The translations under genes and the position numbers were made by a program. A stretch of DNA of 64,000 bases from Tubulanus polymorphus. Lineage: Eukaryota > Animalia > Nemertea. Under the pieces are notes generated by a model, which ran no database searches, had not been told where the DNA came from, and saw only the letters and a program-made list of their open reading frames with translations. Numbering within the stretch: position 1 is the stretch's first letter; each line of letters opens with the position of its first letter. The stretch covers positions 24,700,560 to 24,764,559 of the forward strand of contig NC_134027.1 in assembly GCF_964204645.1 (NCBI RefSeq), given 5' to 3'. Shown piece by piece: positions 23,881 through 35,575 of the stretch.

Positions 23881-26800
23881 ATTGTTTGAATGAACCGGAA
23901 CCGAATTACCAATTATGTTCTTGGACTTAAAAAAAACGACCGCCGATCACGCAACTATATCTGTACTTCGATTTCCGATTTTGAAAAAAACGCCGTTTTG
24001 CTCCCGGCAGGTGTGGTAGGTTTGTAAGGGACACCTACTCAAACGAGAGCTTGAGGTCAACAAATCATCAGAAATCTGCCGATTAGAGAACAGCGCACAG
24101 AAGGGGCCGATTCGAATGAAACTCAAGAACCAACCAACTTAGGAGATCCGATAATGAACACAGCAATGATGGAAGGTACAACTTGAATTGAACTCATCAA
24201 CTACCACGGAAGAGTCCAATGAATTTAACTCATGAACCAACTAAGACAATCCTTGCCGATACTCGGCAATCTTGAAAGGTAAGTTGATTCACATGGAAAT
24301 TATTATGATTAATGTTATATGAAATATTGTGTGAATACAGGATATTGTCTTTAACTCTTTTCAGCTGAATCACATCTATGAGAAAAAGCCCATACTAAGA
24401 TCAACTAACCATCTAGAATCTACTGATTAATACAGTCAGCAGAATGAATCCAACTTGAATTTAACTGCTGAAGTCTAGATAGGAAATTCAGCCAGCATCG
24501 GTTTATCGCTCAATGATGGATTTCTTCTACAATTGGTGGAGCAGAGACATTGCGTCTCTCATTACAATTATTCAGGAGCAGCAGAGACAATGCGTATCTT
24601 ATAAACACTTATTCAGGAGCAGCAGAGACATTGCGTATCTTATAAACACTTATTCAGGAGCAGCAACGACAGTAGAATATGTGAAGTATTGATTTATTTT
24701 ACGTATCACCTTTTTACAAATCAGTCTGTGAAAAACATGAGTAACATGAGTTTACAAAATTCACTGTCTATTTGAAGGGGCGGAATAAACTAAAGAATAG
24801 TTGATTAGTTGTTGAAATGTTGATTATTAAAATTAGGTAATTTGGGCCTGAGAAGGAACTTTTCATGTTTGAATATTTCAATAAAATGGCATCCTCCTCA
24901 TTCTTTATACTGATTAGGCAAACTGTTTAGATTTGTTAAACAGATGGGTCATTTAAGTCCTTAAAGTTCCTTCTTGGAGTCTCATAAAATTAACGCTCCA
25001 TTAATTCATGGTATTGATCGCGTTCAGCGTCTCGGTTTGACTCGTAGGTCGGTTGAAATACACGTAAATTGAGATATAATATCGACAGGATAGTTCAGAT
25101 AAGCTTCATACTTTAGTTAAACATAGCTTTGCTTAATTTGTAATAATCATATAGTTCATAGAATGAATAACTCTCTTAGTCTTTATTCGATTATTAATAT
25201 TAGAAATAGTGATTCATTTTATATTTTATTGAGTGAAAATGATTTGCATAGCCTAAATGTTCAAAAGGGAGAGCGTAGTCAGTTAAACAGATGCAACTTT
25301 TAAACGCAATAAAGGATGTTGGAACGTTATTAGTTTGAACTCTTGAACTTGATTTTGATCGTTTTAATTTTGTTTGTTGCTGTTTTAACTTCTTTCATTG
25401 TCATCCATATCATAAGGATGAGTGGCTTTCATACTAATCGGAGTGTTTTATAATAAACTATTATTTAGGTGCAGCAGTGAATTTGTAGCACTTTTTTTAA
25501 GTGAGCCCATAATTTCACCGATAAAAAATTCCTGATGATGTAGATTGTAATAAATAGTACAAAATACATAGAACATAATTAAGAAAAATACATAAAAAAA
25601 ACAATTAATAAAAAAATACATAACAAAAAAAACAAATTGAATTATAAGTAATACAAATAAACGAAACCAACAAACAATTAGTAAATACTCTATATAGGGC
25701 CTTCATCATCGGGCATTTTTTCTAATCAACTTAATCCAATTATTAAAGGTTCTTCTTTCATAGAACAACCTTCTCTGTGTTTCCCAACCTCTTGAGATCT
25801 TTTCTGTTGTTGTTTTAAGCATTCTATCGGCTCAGTAATAAACAAAACAAATAACCATAAACCTTAACTAAATCAAACACACTAAAAAATATCTGTTTCG
25901 ATAGAATGCTCCTAATAACTGATGAAAGATCATGCGTCCATTTACCTATATATCACACCCTATCACTGCTGTAACTATTAATTGTTTTAGGGATAATATC
26001 TGGGAGATACATTTTATTCTTTTTTAGAAAGAATGTTAAACAGCTATAAACGTGATTAGTTATCGATAGTAGAATTATTGTCATGTTTTCCCTGAAATAT
26101 CGTATTAAATGAGCGAACTGATAATGTTTGAAAATCTCAGGCTAAGTTAGAAAAACTCTAGTTATCTTGTAAAACTCTAGTTATCTTGGAAAATAATTTT
26201 AAAGAAAGTGAAAATAAAGATTGATTAGCTAATCTCATGCTTTCCAGAGTAAATCTTTAGGTTTTATCTCTGATTTTAATGCTTTTATGTTGCACTGTTT
26301 TTTTTCAAATGCAGTTCACCCATTGGTTAACGAAGAACTGATAATTCCTCGAATACGCAGCAAAGTTTGCAAAATTTCAGTTTTCTTGTAAAAATGATTT
26401 TAATGAAATGAAATAAGAGATTGATTATTTGAATGAATTTATGAATGGTTATTGAATGGTTATTATTTGAATGGTTTTATGTCCAGCTTTAAAATGTTTA
26501 TATGCTGGAGATATGTTTTGCAGTTTTTGTATAAACAGAAATCTTTCTTACATTGTCATTTGCAGTATAGTTGATATGATAGAATGCTTCATATTTCATG
26601 AAATAATCAAGTGTCACTTATGCCCGGTGACATCATGAAATGTCAAATTAATAGTCTTAGACATTCAGACTAGTCCCAATTGTCGGTGTTTTATGGATCA
26701 AAGTTTACAAATCTTTGTGTAATTTTGTTATTTTCCTATTGATGGAAGTTTGAATAAAGTGGAAATTTGAATAAAAACCTTGAAATACCTTGCATGATAT

Positions 26801-27174
26801 GCGATATTAAAAGCTAGTAATTTTATTATTGAATAAGCTAAGTCATTATTATAAGGCTAAAAATGATACCTTGTTTTTCCTGATCGGCTGGGTCATTTCA
26901 TTAATCAATGAAATTTGTAATCGGTTAATTTCTATCTGCCGGGTCTGTTATGGTTAGCTTGATCATGATTTTAAAGCAATACCTTGGTAGATAGGTGGCC
27001 GGCCGGGTCAAATTTCAAAGAGTAAAACTGTAAATCAGATAGATTCATTAAATCTTACGCTTTCCAGAGTATTTGGCCAGGTTTATCTCTATCTTTATTA
27101 GTGCGGGGAGCCAAGGACTCGAGAGTCATGGTTGTGATCCATAGACGTTTCTGTTTTAGAGTCTATGGTTGGAC

Positions 27175-27215
27175 CACGGATGTATAAACTCTAGTTTATA
27201 GTTTATACGTCCATG
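27175..27215. mobile_element. 41-bp hairpin micro-element with a 7-bp TSD (P-superfamily-like)
   Basis: GTTGGAC|CACGGATGTATAAAC...GTTTATACGTCCATG|GTTGGAC. Confidence 0.6.
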
Positions 27216-28074
27216 GTTGGACTGTTTTTGAAATACAGTCCACGTGTTTGAGGAGCTTACGTTATAATTCCTCGAGCACAAACCTGGCATTTTGTATAAT
27301 TGTTGTATGAGAATAAATATGATTGAAATTCTTTATCTGTTTAGCTACTCTGAACTTTGTTAGTTCACCAGTCAGTGGTTTTTTGTTATCTTGCAATCCA
27401 GCTCTTTTTACAACCCAATATTCCCATCAACATTCCGGACATGCTCGGAGACGAGCATGTCCGGAAAACATGATAATCGAATATTGGCAATACAGCTTAC
27501 CACTTCAACCCGGACACACTAACACTTGTTGACCGGTTAGAAGCGAGTGTTGAGCTGCCGAAGAGTAATTACGAAATTAGCAATCTTTTTGATTGTCACT
27601 ATTGCCATCAGGGGCGGATCCAGACCGTATTGCCCAATACATTGTTTGTACGGTCTAAAATTTAAGTGCCCTTCGGCAATATTTTGTGACGGCATATATA
27701 TTTCACCACCCGCTAATTTCAAATTTCCACTGATGATCGGTTTGATTTTTATATACAGAATCAGAGTCCTGAATAGTTAACTTTGCCTTTAAAAGTGGCA
27801 CCCAGTATCCTTCTTTTGGTGTTAACATTACATGATTAATTACATGAGATTTGTGTTTCTCTTGTAAAAATCATTGTTTTTATTTTCTTCATGCTTTCGG
27901 TTAATGTAGCCGATGACCTCTGATCGTCTCTAAGGTTCGAACCCAGTAATTACTGATACTGGTTCAGAGGGGTCCTGATGCTGAATAGAGGATGTACGGG
28001 TTTGTACCGGGTTCAAACCCATGAGTGGTCCAAGTTGTCCTGATGCTGAATAAAGGATGCACGGGGATGTCCTG

Positions 28075-28253
28075 ACCGTACGGTGCTGCCGCTATGCTCA
28101 TCGTTAGCGGGGTTTTCATACACTAACTTAAGTCAACTCTGGCAATCGATGTGCTGTCCAGTTATACTCCGTGACCTTAGCTTGCCAGAGTTGACAAACG
28201 TTAGTGTATAAAAATCCCGCTAACGATGAGCATAGAGGCAGCACCGTACGGTA
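28075..28253. mobile_element. MITE with about 50-bp TIRs inserted in a degenerate tandem repeat
   Basis: ACCGTACGGTGCTGCC(G/T)CTATGCTCATCGTTAGCGGG...ATACACTAAC and its reverse complement at about 28200-28253; the flanks repeat CCTGATGCTGAATAGAGGATG. Confidence 0.7.
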
Positions 28254-28749
28254 CTCAGTTGATATCTTAACAAAAGCGTAATTACTGATAACTGATTCGG
28301 AGTGGTTCTGATGCTGAATAGAGGATGTACAGGGGTATCCCGGGTTCAAACCCATCAATTGCTGTGATTCAGAGTGGTCCTGATGGATAAAGGATGAACA
28401 GGGGTGTCCATGTACAGAACAGGATGTATTCTCACAGAATTTCAGATATCAATTTTCATTCTGCCACAACACTCATACCAGCATAGTAATCCTAAGAATC
28501 AGTATTGAACGTGCACGCCAAGGGGAAAAGATTTTTCCTTGTGGAAAAAAAAACGTTTTCGGTGAGTTTTGTTATACCGTTGATCATTTCATTTTTGTGG
28601 GCAGCAAAACGTTTTGTGATAAAAACGTGCGTTCTGTTTTGATGAAACAGAACATCTGTGTGTTGGCCTGGTAAAGGTGTAAACCATATCCTAATGGTTT
28701 TAATTTCCTGTTTCATTTCGTTTTATATATCATATTTCTGATTTTGATG

Positions 28750-29335
28750 CGGTAGTTGTGCTAGTCATGTTGTTATCAAACATCTCAGTCTGTACGCAGC
28801 ATCTCTCTGATTATTCTGCTGCTAAATTTTGAATGAATTCTTTATGTGAATCGGGCATCAATTCAATTTAGACTCATAATCTTCTTGTTCCATTTTCTGA
28901 ATCGCACTAAACTATGCTATACTCATTATCCATTGTATCAACTAGAAAAACATCGTTCTTCGTGAAATCAGCAATTCTACACAATATTGCATGACGTAAA
29001 TATCCGAACGTCTGCCAACACTCTCTCTTCTGTAGTAAACCTAATTCAGCATCAGGGGCCGGTTGCATAGTTATGGCTTAGACTTAAGACCAGTCTAAGA
29101 CCAACTTAGTTCTATAGCTAATCTAACAGCTTAAGACCAGTCTTTAGATTTAAGGTCACTTTTGGACTTAAGTCACGTCTGTGCAACTGGGCCCAGTATT
29201 TCAGAGTTTCGGTAGAGTTTGAAGCAATATCTGTTATATATAAATGTTCTGTTTTATAGTAGGATGCGATTCGAGTTATTTCTTCTCATAGCGAATATTT
29301 CTGCCTCAGCATTACGATTCCTCGACTTTCTGTTT
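28750..29335. repeat. Direct segmental duplicate of 33449-33912 (GPCR start and upstream region)
   Basis: Colinear high-similarity match, for example AATCGCACTAAACTATGCTATACTCATTA and GAACGTCTGCCAACACTCTCTCTTCTGT in both copies. Confidence 0.9.
29056..29193. mobile_element. PIF/Harbinger-like MITE with CAG TSD
   Basis: CAG|GGGCCGGTTGCA...TGCAACTGGGCC|CAG; absent from the paralogous site at about 33768 (AATCAG|TATTTCAGAG). Confidence 0.85.
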
Positions 29336-30387
29336 TGTATTGTATCATATCACAACAAGACCATCCAAAATTACTTTCGACACGAACAGTCACAATAGGA
29401 GTTAACTATAATTGACCTGTATCAGATTCGAACCAAAAACGGTGGTTTCTTGATTGTCGGAGTACACAATAATGACTCACATTGTCGGACAAGCTATTCG
29501 AAATCCGAAATAGAATCTGTGTTGCCAATTTGAATCTTTTATTTAACCTCACCGAATTTCCTGAATCCACACAAGATCGAACAAACCATACTTAAAATAA
29601 GATTAGATAAATGAATCTTTATTGTCAATCATAGGTCATCGTTAAAATCAATATTGACTGAAATTGATCCAAGAGTTAATTTTCTTGATTTAATGTCCTA
29701 CAAGTCTTCAGTTATCCAAAGGGTTCAACTTCGCGAATTCGGATGAATTGCTGAATTAGACTGGCTACCGGTCTAGAATATATAAATGGGACAGGCAACC
29801 AGTCTATTGCTGAATGATAATAATGTCTTGTCAATGACTGTTTAATAAGAAATAAAACTCTGATGATAATTACAATACTGTTGTTAGATAAAATATCATT
29901 CTCGATGCCATAAAAACCGTTACAAATAATGTTTATATACATTGATACCTAGCATGCGTTTGGTCCTTTTTGGATGTGCACTATGCATCAATATTTGCGT
30001 TTCAAAATAACAATCACAATCGTGATTTGAGCCCTTAATTTTTAATCAAATATATTCTTTAACTCTTATTCTAGATAAGTTTTAATGATTATCTTGAGAG
30101 GATGTGCACTACATCATCAATCTATCGGGGCTAGACTGGTTGGCGGTCAAATCGATTCGATTACCAGGTATCGATATATTCAAATCCACAATACACTACA
30201 CTACAATACACTTTATACATGCATTATAATAATTTATTCATTGACGACAACATTAAGCGCGACATTTGAGGCGTCAATCCACCTTGTGTAGTTTCCTTGC
30301 TATTTCTATCGTACAGGGATTTTATATGATCTTTACCACGCGCGAACTCAAGAGTGTTTCATTAAAGAAAGAGTCAGTCGATCAATA

Positions 30388-31896
30388 TTATTTTCTGTGT
30401 TTAGCGATGATATCGAATATCTGTGGACAGTCGGTCAGACCGTGTATCGGAGTCATGTCATACTCGACATCTGGAACCGGTAAAATCTCAAACTTCTGAA
30501 GAATCGACGCTAAAAATACGAACAGTTCAAACTTCGCCAGATTTTCACCCGGGCATTTCCTGGGCCCGGCGCTGAACGGCAGAATCAAATTCCGCTTACT
30601 ACGATCGATTTGTCCGTCTGCTGTGAGAAATCGTTCAGGGCGGAAAACGTGCGGATCTTCCCAAACATTCTCATCCTGAGCGAGTGAGTAGAGGTTCAGT
30701 AAGACGACCGTTCCTTCGGGAACGTCGAATCCACCGATTTTGGAATCTCTGACGGCTGCGTGTGGCAGAGCCAGCGTCCCCGGGGTTCGTATACGCATCA
30801 CTTCAGTAATCGTAGCTTCTAAAAACGGTAATTTCGATTTATCGGAAATTCGCGGTAATCGCGAATCGCCGACAATATCGGATATTTCGTCGTAGATTTT
30901 CTGCTGCACATCCGGGTGTTTTATCATGTAGAGCATCGTCCAGAGACTTACCGTGGAAGTCGTCTCGAAACCAGCCGTCAAAAACTCATAACACGTATAA
31001 CCGAGTCTGGTCTTATCTATACCGCTTAACTTATCGTAATCCAACGCTAGGTAGCTATCCAGAATATCTCGAGTATGATTGGCCGAGAATGTCTCTTCGT
31101 GATTGGCTAGGATCTCTTTGCTGATTTCGTCCGCGAACGACATCGCTTCACGGATGGCGTTGGTTTTCCAAGGCATGAAATATCGTAACCACGGCATCAC
31201 GTCGACGGGATTCCCCGCGCTGGCGAACTCGAAGAATTCCCTCGCCCCGTCCATGATCCGATTGAAGACTTCGTCCCCGTTCAAATCGTGCCCGCGCCCG
31301 TAACACAGCTGATAGGTCACGCTACCCGTCGTCATGATCATCAACGTCTTCGGGCTGAACGGGCGTTCGTCGTGCCGCGAAATAGCGTTAACCAATCTCT
31401 CGGCTTCGTCCGTTAACAAATCGTCGAAATCTTCGTCGTTTTCGTTGACGAATCGATGCAGAGATTTCACCGCGACGTTCTTCATCTGACGCCACGATTC
31501 GTCATATCGACCAACTGACAATCCATCGTCGCGCAGCGTGAATAGATAAAACCTCGGTCGCCCGGCGAAATCGTCGCCACCGAGCCTGGCGTTAGTTACC
31601 TCGCGGATTGATTCATCACCGTTGACGACAATCGTCGGGAAACTGCCCAGACGGATGCGGAAGACGTCTCCGTATTTCGCGCGCATTTTCATGAACGTGA
31701 GATGTGGGTTTTCCCCGAGCGCGAGTACGTGCCCGATGATCGGTAAGCCCCACGGCCCGGGCGGGAGATACCAGCGGAAATATTCGTTATAAGTCCACCA
31801 GAGAATGTACGAACCGAAGAACAACAGGAATACATTGATAAACTGTAAATAATCCCAATCAGAGAATAACGACATAACAGCGACAGCGACAGACAT
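30388..31896 (-). CDS. Cytochrome P450, clan 2, CYP1-like, intronless CDS (502 aa)
   Basis: N-terminal anchor and PPGPWGLPIIG hinge; FASAGNPVDVMPWLRYF (CYP1-type); I-helix AGFETT; K-helix EVMR; PERF; heme motif FSAGPRKCPG. Confidence 0.95.
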   Translation of the reverse strand: MSVAVAVMSLFSDWDYLQFINVFLLFFGSYILWWTYNEYFRWYLPPGPWGLPIIGHVLALGENPHLTFMKMRAKYGDVFRIRLGSFPTIVVNGDESIREVTNARLGGDDFAGRPRFYLFTLRDDGLSVGRYDESWRQMKNVAVKSLHRFVNENDEDFDDLLTDEAERLVNAISRHDERPFSPKTLMIMTTGSVTYQLCYGRGHDLNGDEVFNRIMDGAREFFEFASAGNPVDVMPWLRYFMPWKTNAIREAMSFADEISKEILANHEETFSANHTRDILDSYLALDYDKLSGIDKTRLGYTCYEFLTAGFETTSTVSLWTMLYMIKHPDVQQKIYDEISDIVGDSRLPRISDKSKLPFLEATITEVMRIRTPGTLALPHAAVRDSKIGGFDVPEGTVVLLNLYSLAQDENVWEDPHVFRPERFLTADGQIDRSKRNLILPFSAGPRKCPGENLAKFELFVFLASILQKFEILPVPDVEYDMTPIHGLTDCPQIFDIIAKHRK

Positions 31897-32394
31897 TTTG
31901 TTATGTTATAAAACTCATTATCAAACTATCACTTTAAAACTTCCTGCTCATTGACTCGTGACCTAGTTGTTCGAATACGGGTTTGATTGTGAATCCAAGG
32001 TCGAGTCGATGTTTTTTATTCATAGAAATCAATAACGGCCCCGGATGTTTAAACAAAAGCTTCTCTAAACCAATATATTCTACACAAGCAACACTATAGA
32101 ACCTGGGCAGGGTGTTTAGAATATTTCTAAATATTCTGTTTTGTACAGTTTAGACACGTTTATACTGTTTTAGACAAGTTTCACCTTTCCATTCGTTCCA
32201 TTTGTACAGCACTGGATAATCAGTTTAGAATTCCAAAAACTGCTTTTCGAAATCTGTCATTTCGGTCAATTTTAGATTGAGCAAATTTGTTCTTTGAAAG
32301 ATGTTGGCAATTAGTGAGTGCTTTATAAAGGATGGCAAATTTGTTCTTTATTAATTGCGGATATTCTACATTTCTGCAAGTTTTAGACAAGCTT

Positions 32395-33480
32395 TTAATA
32401 TTTTTCAACTTGCCCTCCATTTAAATGGACAGCACTGAATAATGGGTTGAGAATGTCAAAAGCTGCTTTTCTGAATTTGTCATTTGCCACGCAATACACA
32501 ATAAAATTAACTGACGAATCGGTGATAGAAAATCCCAACGCTATCAGGTTTATAGTGTTCACATTTGGGATATATCCCATCCTCATGAAACGGTCGATAA
32601 AACCAAAACCTTCACATATAATAAATAGCGTAACTACGGATACGACCATCCTTAAAACCCTCATTTCTCTTCTAGATGAATCGTCAGTGACACCGAGCTC
32701 TGAACGCCGAGCAACCCGACGGTAAAATGTCGCCAAAATAAGAATAACATTGATAACCACTAAAATGCAAATTGGTATCATAATAGTAAGATACACGAAA
32801 AGATAGATCCCAGAAATATCGAAACGCCATCCATATTGGTTAAACCACTTTGGGTAGTGATAAAAGCTAACACCTATCGTTACATATGGCCAATGAGCAG
32901 GACAATTCAAAAATCCAAGACGATGTTCGGGTATGAATTGAATAAAATCACCACAAAAACTTAACATCGAAATAAACACCATCGCCCATAGTGATATTAT
33001 CTTCTTCGGAAATCTACGAGATTTGATTACGAACAATACGACGATTAACCGCTCTAGACTGAGCAGTACAGTGCACCAGTTACTCGTCATCTGAAACATG
33101 TAGAAAAACGGCAAAGTGAGATAAAAATCCAACCAAAATTCCATTCGTTCCAGCGAAACACAATGTCGCCCAAAACGGCGTAAACGTACGCAGTTCTCAG
33201 CGGATACAGAATGAATGTAGCGATCATAAATAAAATATCGTTTATAGCGAAAATTTTGACGAGAAAATAAATATCGGATTTAAGCTGTTTCAGAACCATT
33301 AACGTGAATGCGTTTAATATCATACCCAGCACAGACGCCGGTAGATACCAGCCTAAATACATAAATACACCGTATTTGTTGATCCATCTGATAGGTAAGG
33401 TTTGATATTTCTGACACTTGTTTAGTTTAAGCGTTGTCAATGTGGTAAGTAGTTGTGCTAGTAATGTTGTTATCAAACAT
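32395..33480 (-). pseudogene. Rhodopsin-class GPCR (FMRFamide/peptide-receptor-like), frameshifted
   Basis: TM1-2 lie in ORF 33087-33485 (GMILNAFTLMVL, FAINDILF) and TM3-7 in ORF 32395-33144 (SNWCTVLLSLERL, FIICE, DSSVNFIVYC...FRK). Frameshift at about 33135. The probable true start MFDNNITS at 33480 is in another frame with an early stop, implying a second lesion. Confidence 0.75.
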
Positions 33481-34156
33481 CTCATAAACTGTAAGCCGCA
33501 ATTTCACTGATTATTCTATGCCGCTAAATTTTGAATAAATTCTTTCAGTGAAACCTTCAGTGAATCGGGCATCAATTTAATTTAGACTCATAATCTCCTT
33601 GTCTCCATTTTCTGAATCGCACTAAACTATGCTATACTCATTAGCCATTGTATCAACTAGAAAAACGTCGTTCTTCATGAAATCAGCAATTTTACACAAT
33701 ATTGCATGGCGTAAATATCTGAACGTCTGCCAACACTCTCTCTTCTGTGTAGTAAACCTAATTGAATCAGTATTTCAGAGTTTCAGTTAAGTTTGAAGCA
33801 ATATCTGCTATATATAAATGTACTGTATTACAGTATAGGATGTAATTCGAGTTAGTTCTTTTCGTCGCATACATTTGTACACCCCAGCATTACGATTGCA
33901 CGACTTTCTGTTGTAAATCCCATCCTCGGCTAAAAATTTAGGTTCGATTCCTCGAGCTAAATTCTCTGTTCGTGAATTAGAAGCAATACAAGAATATTCT
34001 GAAATTGAAAATTAATCACTAACCAATCAGTGGCAAGTGCAAAACAGTTGGATTATTTACTTATTACGCTATATTTTATTTCTAACCGCAGAATTGTATC
34101 TGGAGCCTTGAAAAGGTCTATTCATTTGTTTCAAACACTAGACAATTAGCGTTGTT

Positions 34157-35284
34157 CTAATCCATTGATAAATCCTCCGATATCGAATCAACAATTTTCT
34201 TCGTCTCCGATTCAACGAACGAACCGATATCACCGATTACGGGACGATTCGGTTTGGTTCGACGATCATCGCCACCACCATCACCACCGCCGGGTTTCTT
34301 CCAGTCGTCGGCGACGAACGGGGGCTGCGGAGGAACCGGTGGTATGAATCCGGGTAGTTGATACGGAGGCATGCCTTCGACGATCTGATTTCGAATTTGT
34401 TCGATCATTGCGTTGATCGAACGCTGTTGATATTGCGCCGCGGCGTCGCGGTAGTATCTCTCCCACTCATTGCCTCTAGGTTGATTTCCCCCTAGCCCCG
34501 ATCTAGTCGGCATCGCGGGTGGCTTTGGGATTTGTAAAATTTCGTGTTGATGATGAGAGTCCCTGCCCGAATTTTCCGATTCGGGATTTCTTGGACGAGG
34601 CGTCAACGGGCCTCCAAAATCGAATGAATATTGATAAGCCCACGAGTTACTCTTCCCCTCGACTCCATGGGCACCGGTAGTGACGGGTAGATTTGGAGGG
34701 ATTAATGGTCCTCCGAAACTATTTTGAGTTGTCCAAGATTTTCCCTTGACCTCCCAATCTGTGGGTGGTTTTCCAAGAGGTTGTTTCTGCGGTGTCACGT
34801 CTCCCAGCTCGACCGGGGTTCCTAGATTCTCCGATGCCGTCGGTTCTCGAGTCAGAGGTTCATCCGCGACTTGAGGTTCCGGACGATCGAGCGATTTACC
34901 GATCGTATCTCGATCTGTGCTCGCTAGATTCAGCAGTTCAGCGTCATCATCCGATTGGGCGAAACCGGGCGGATTTTCGATCACGAATTGCGACGAGTAT
35001 TGAAAGTTGTCGGACCACGAGGCGCTTTTATCGATTTCTCCGGATGGAATAGATTCGCTAGGCGACGAAAGCGGCTTCGGAGGCTGCGGCGGCAATTCGA
35101 ACGGCTCGAGGTCCGGTCCATCGTCCGTTTCCCCGGGTACATTTTTGCATAGGTAATACGATATAATTAATAGGGCAGCGATTAGAATCAGGATCACGGC
35201 ACAATAACGTTTATTCGACATCACACGAACATGAACTGGTGTCTGATGGCGAGAGTCTCTTTTTAACAGCGATTCCGCGTTCAT
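34157..35284 (-). CDS. Orphan proline/glycine-rich type II-like membrane protein (375 aa)
   Basis: Long ORF with exon-like composition; hydrophobic anchor YCAVILILIAALLIISYYLC after basic residues; acceptor acacag just upstream (about 35292); no recognised domain. Confidence 0.7.
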   Translation of the reverse strand: MNAESLLKRDSRHQTPVHVRVMSNKRYCAVILILIAALLIISYYLCKNVPGETDDGPDLEPFELPPQPPKPLSSPSESIPSGEIDKSASWSDNFQYSSQFVIENPPGFAQSDDDAELLNLASTDRDTIGKSLDRPEPQVADEPLTREPTASENLGTPVELGDVTPQKQPLGKPPTDWEVKGKSWTTQNSFGGPLIPPNLPVTTGAHGVEGKSNSWAYQYSFDFGGPLTPRPRNPESENSGRDSHHQHEILQIPKPPAMPTRSGLGGNQPRGNEWERYYRDAAAQYQQRSINAMIEQIRNQIVEGMPPYQLPGFIPPVPPQPPFVADDWKKPGGGDGGGDDRRTKPNRPVIGDIGSFVESETKKIVDSISEDLSMD

Positions 35285-35464
35285 ATTTTTCCTGTGTTAA
35301 CAAAATGATGCATTTATCAATTTGATTTTCGTTTTCGGACAAGGTGATAATGATTATGATAATAGTTGGGACATAATTATAATAATGATGATAATTCAGC
35401 CTAAAATTCGTATGAAATATAGGCTTTACAGCATATATAGAAAGGGAACAGAGGAAGCTGGTTT

Positions 35465-35575
35465 AAACCGTTGACGAAAAAATGTGTTTTGAGCTTAGAC
35501 TTAAAACATCGATTGAAGTATTTGATTGGACTAGGAAACATATTCCAGAATACTGGGGCAGAATAGACTAGATAA
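35465..35575 (-). mobile_element. L2-clade LINE 3' remnant
   Basis: Minus strand reads YSAPVFWNMFP...FKSKLKTHFF, the AP.LWN.LP...FK..LKTHLF motif of the L2 ORF2 end. Confidence 0.55.

Noticed and set aside
32488-32494. Xenobiotic response element TTGCGTG upstream of the CYP1-like gene
   Set aside because: A single 7-mer inside GPCR coding sequence; expected by chance.
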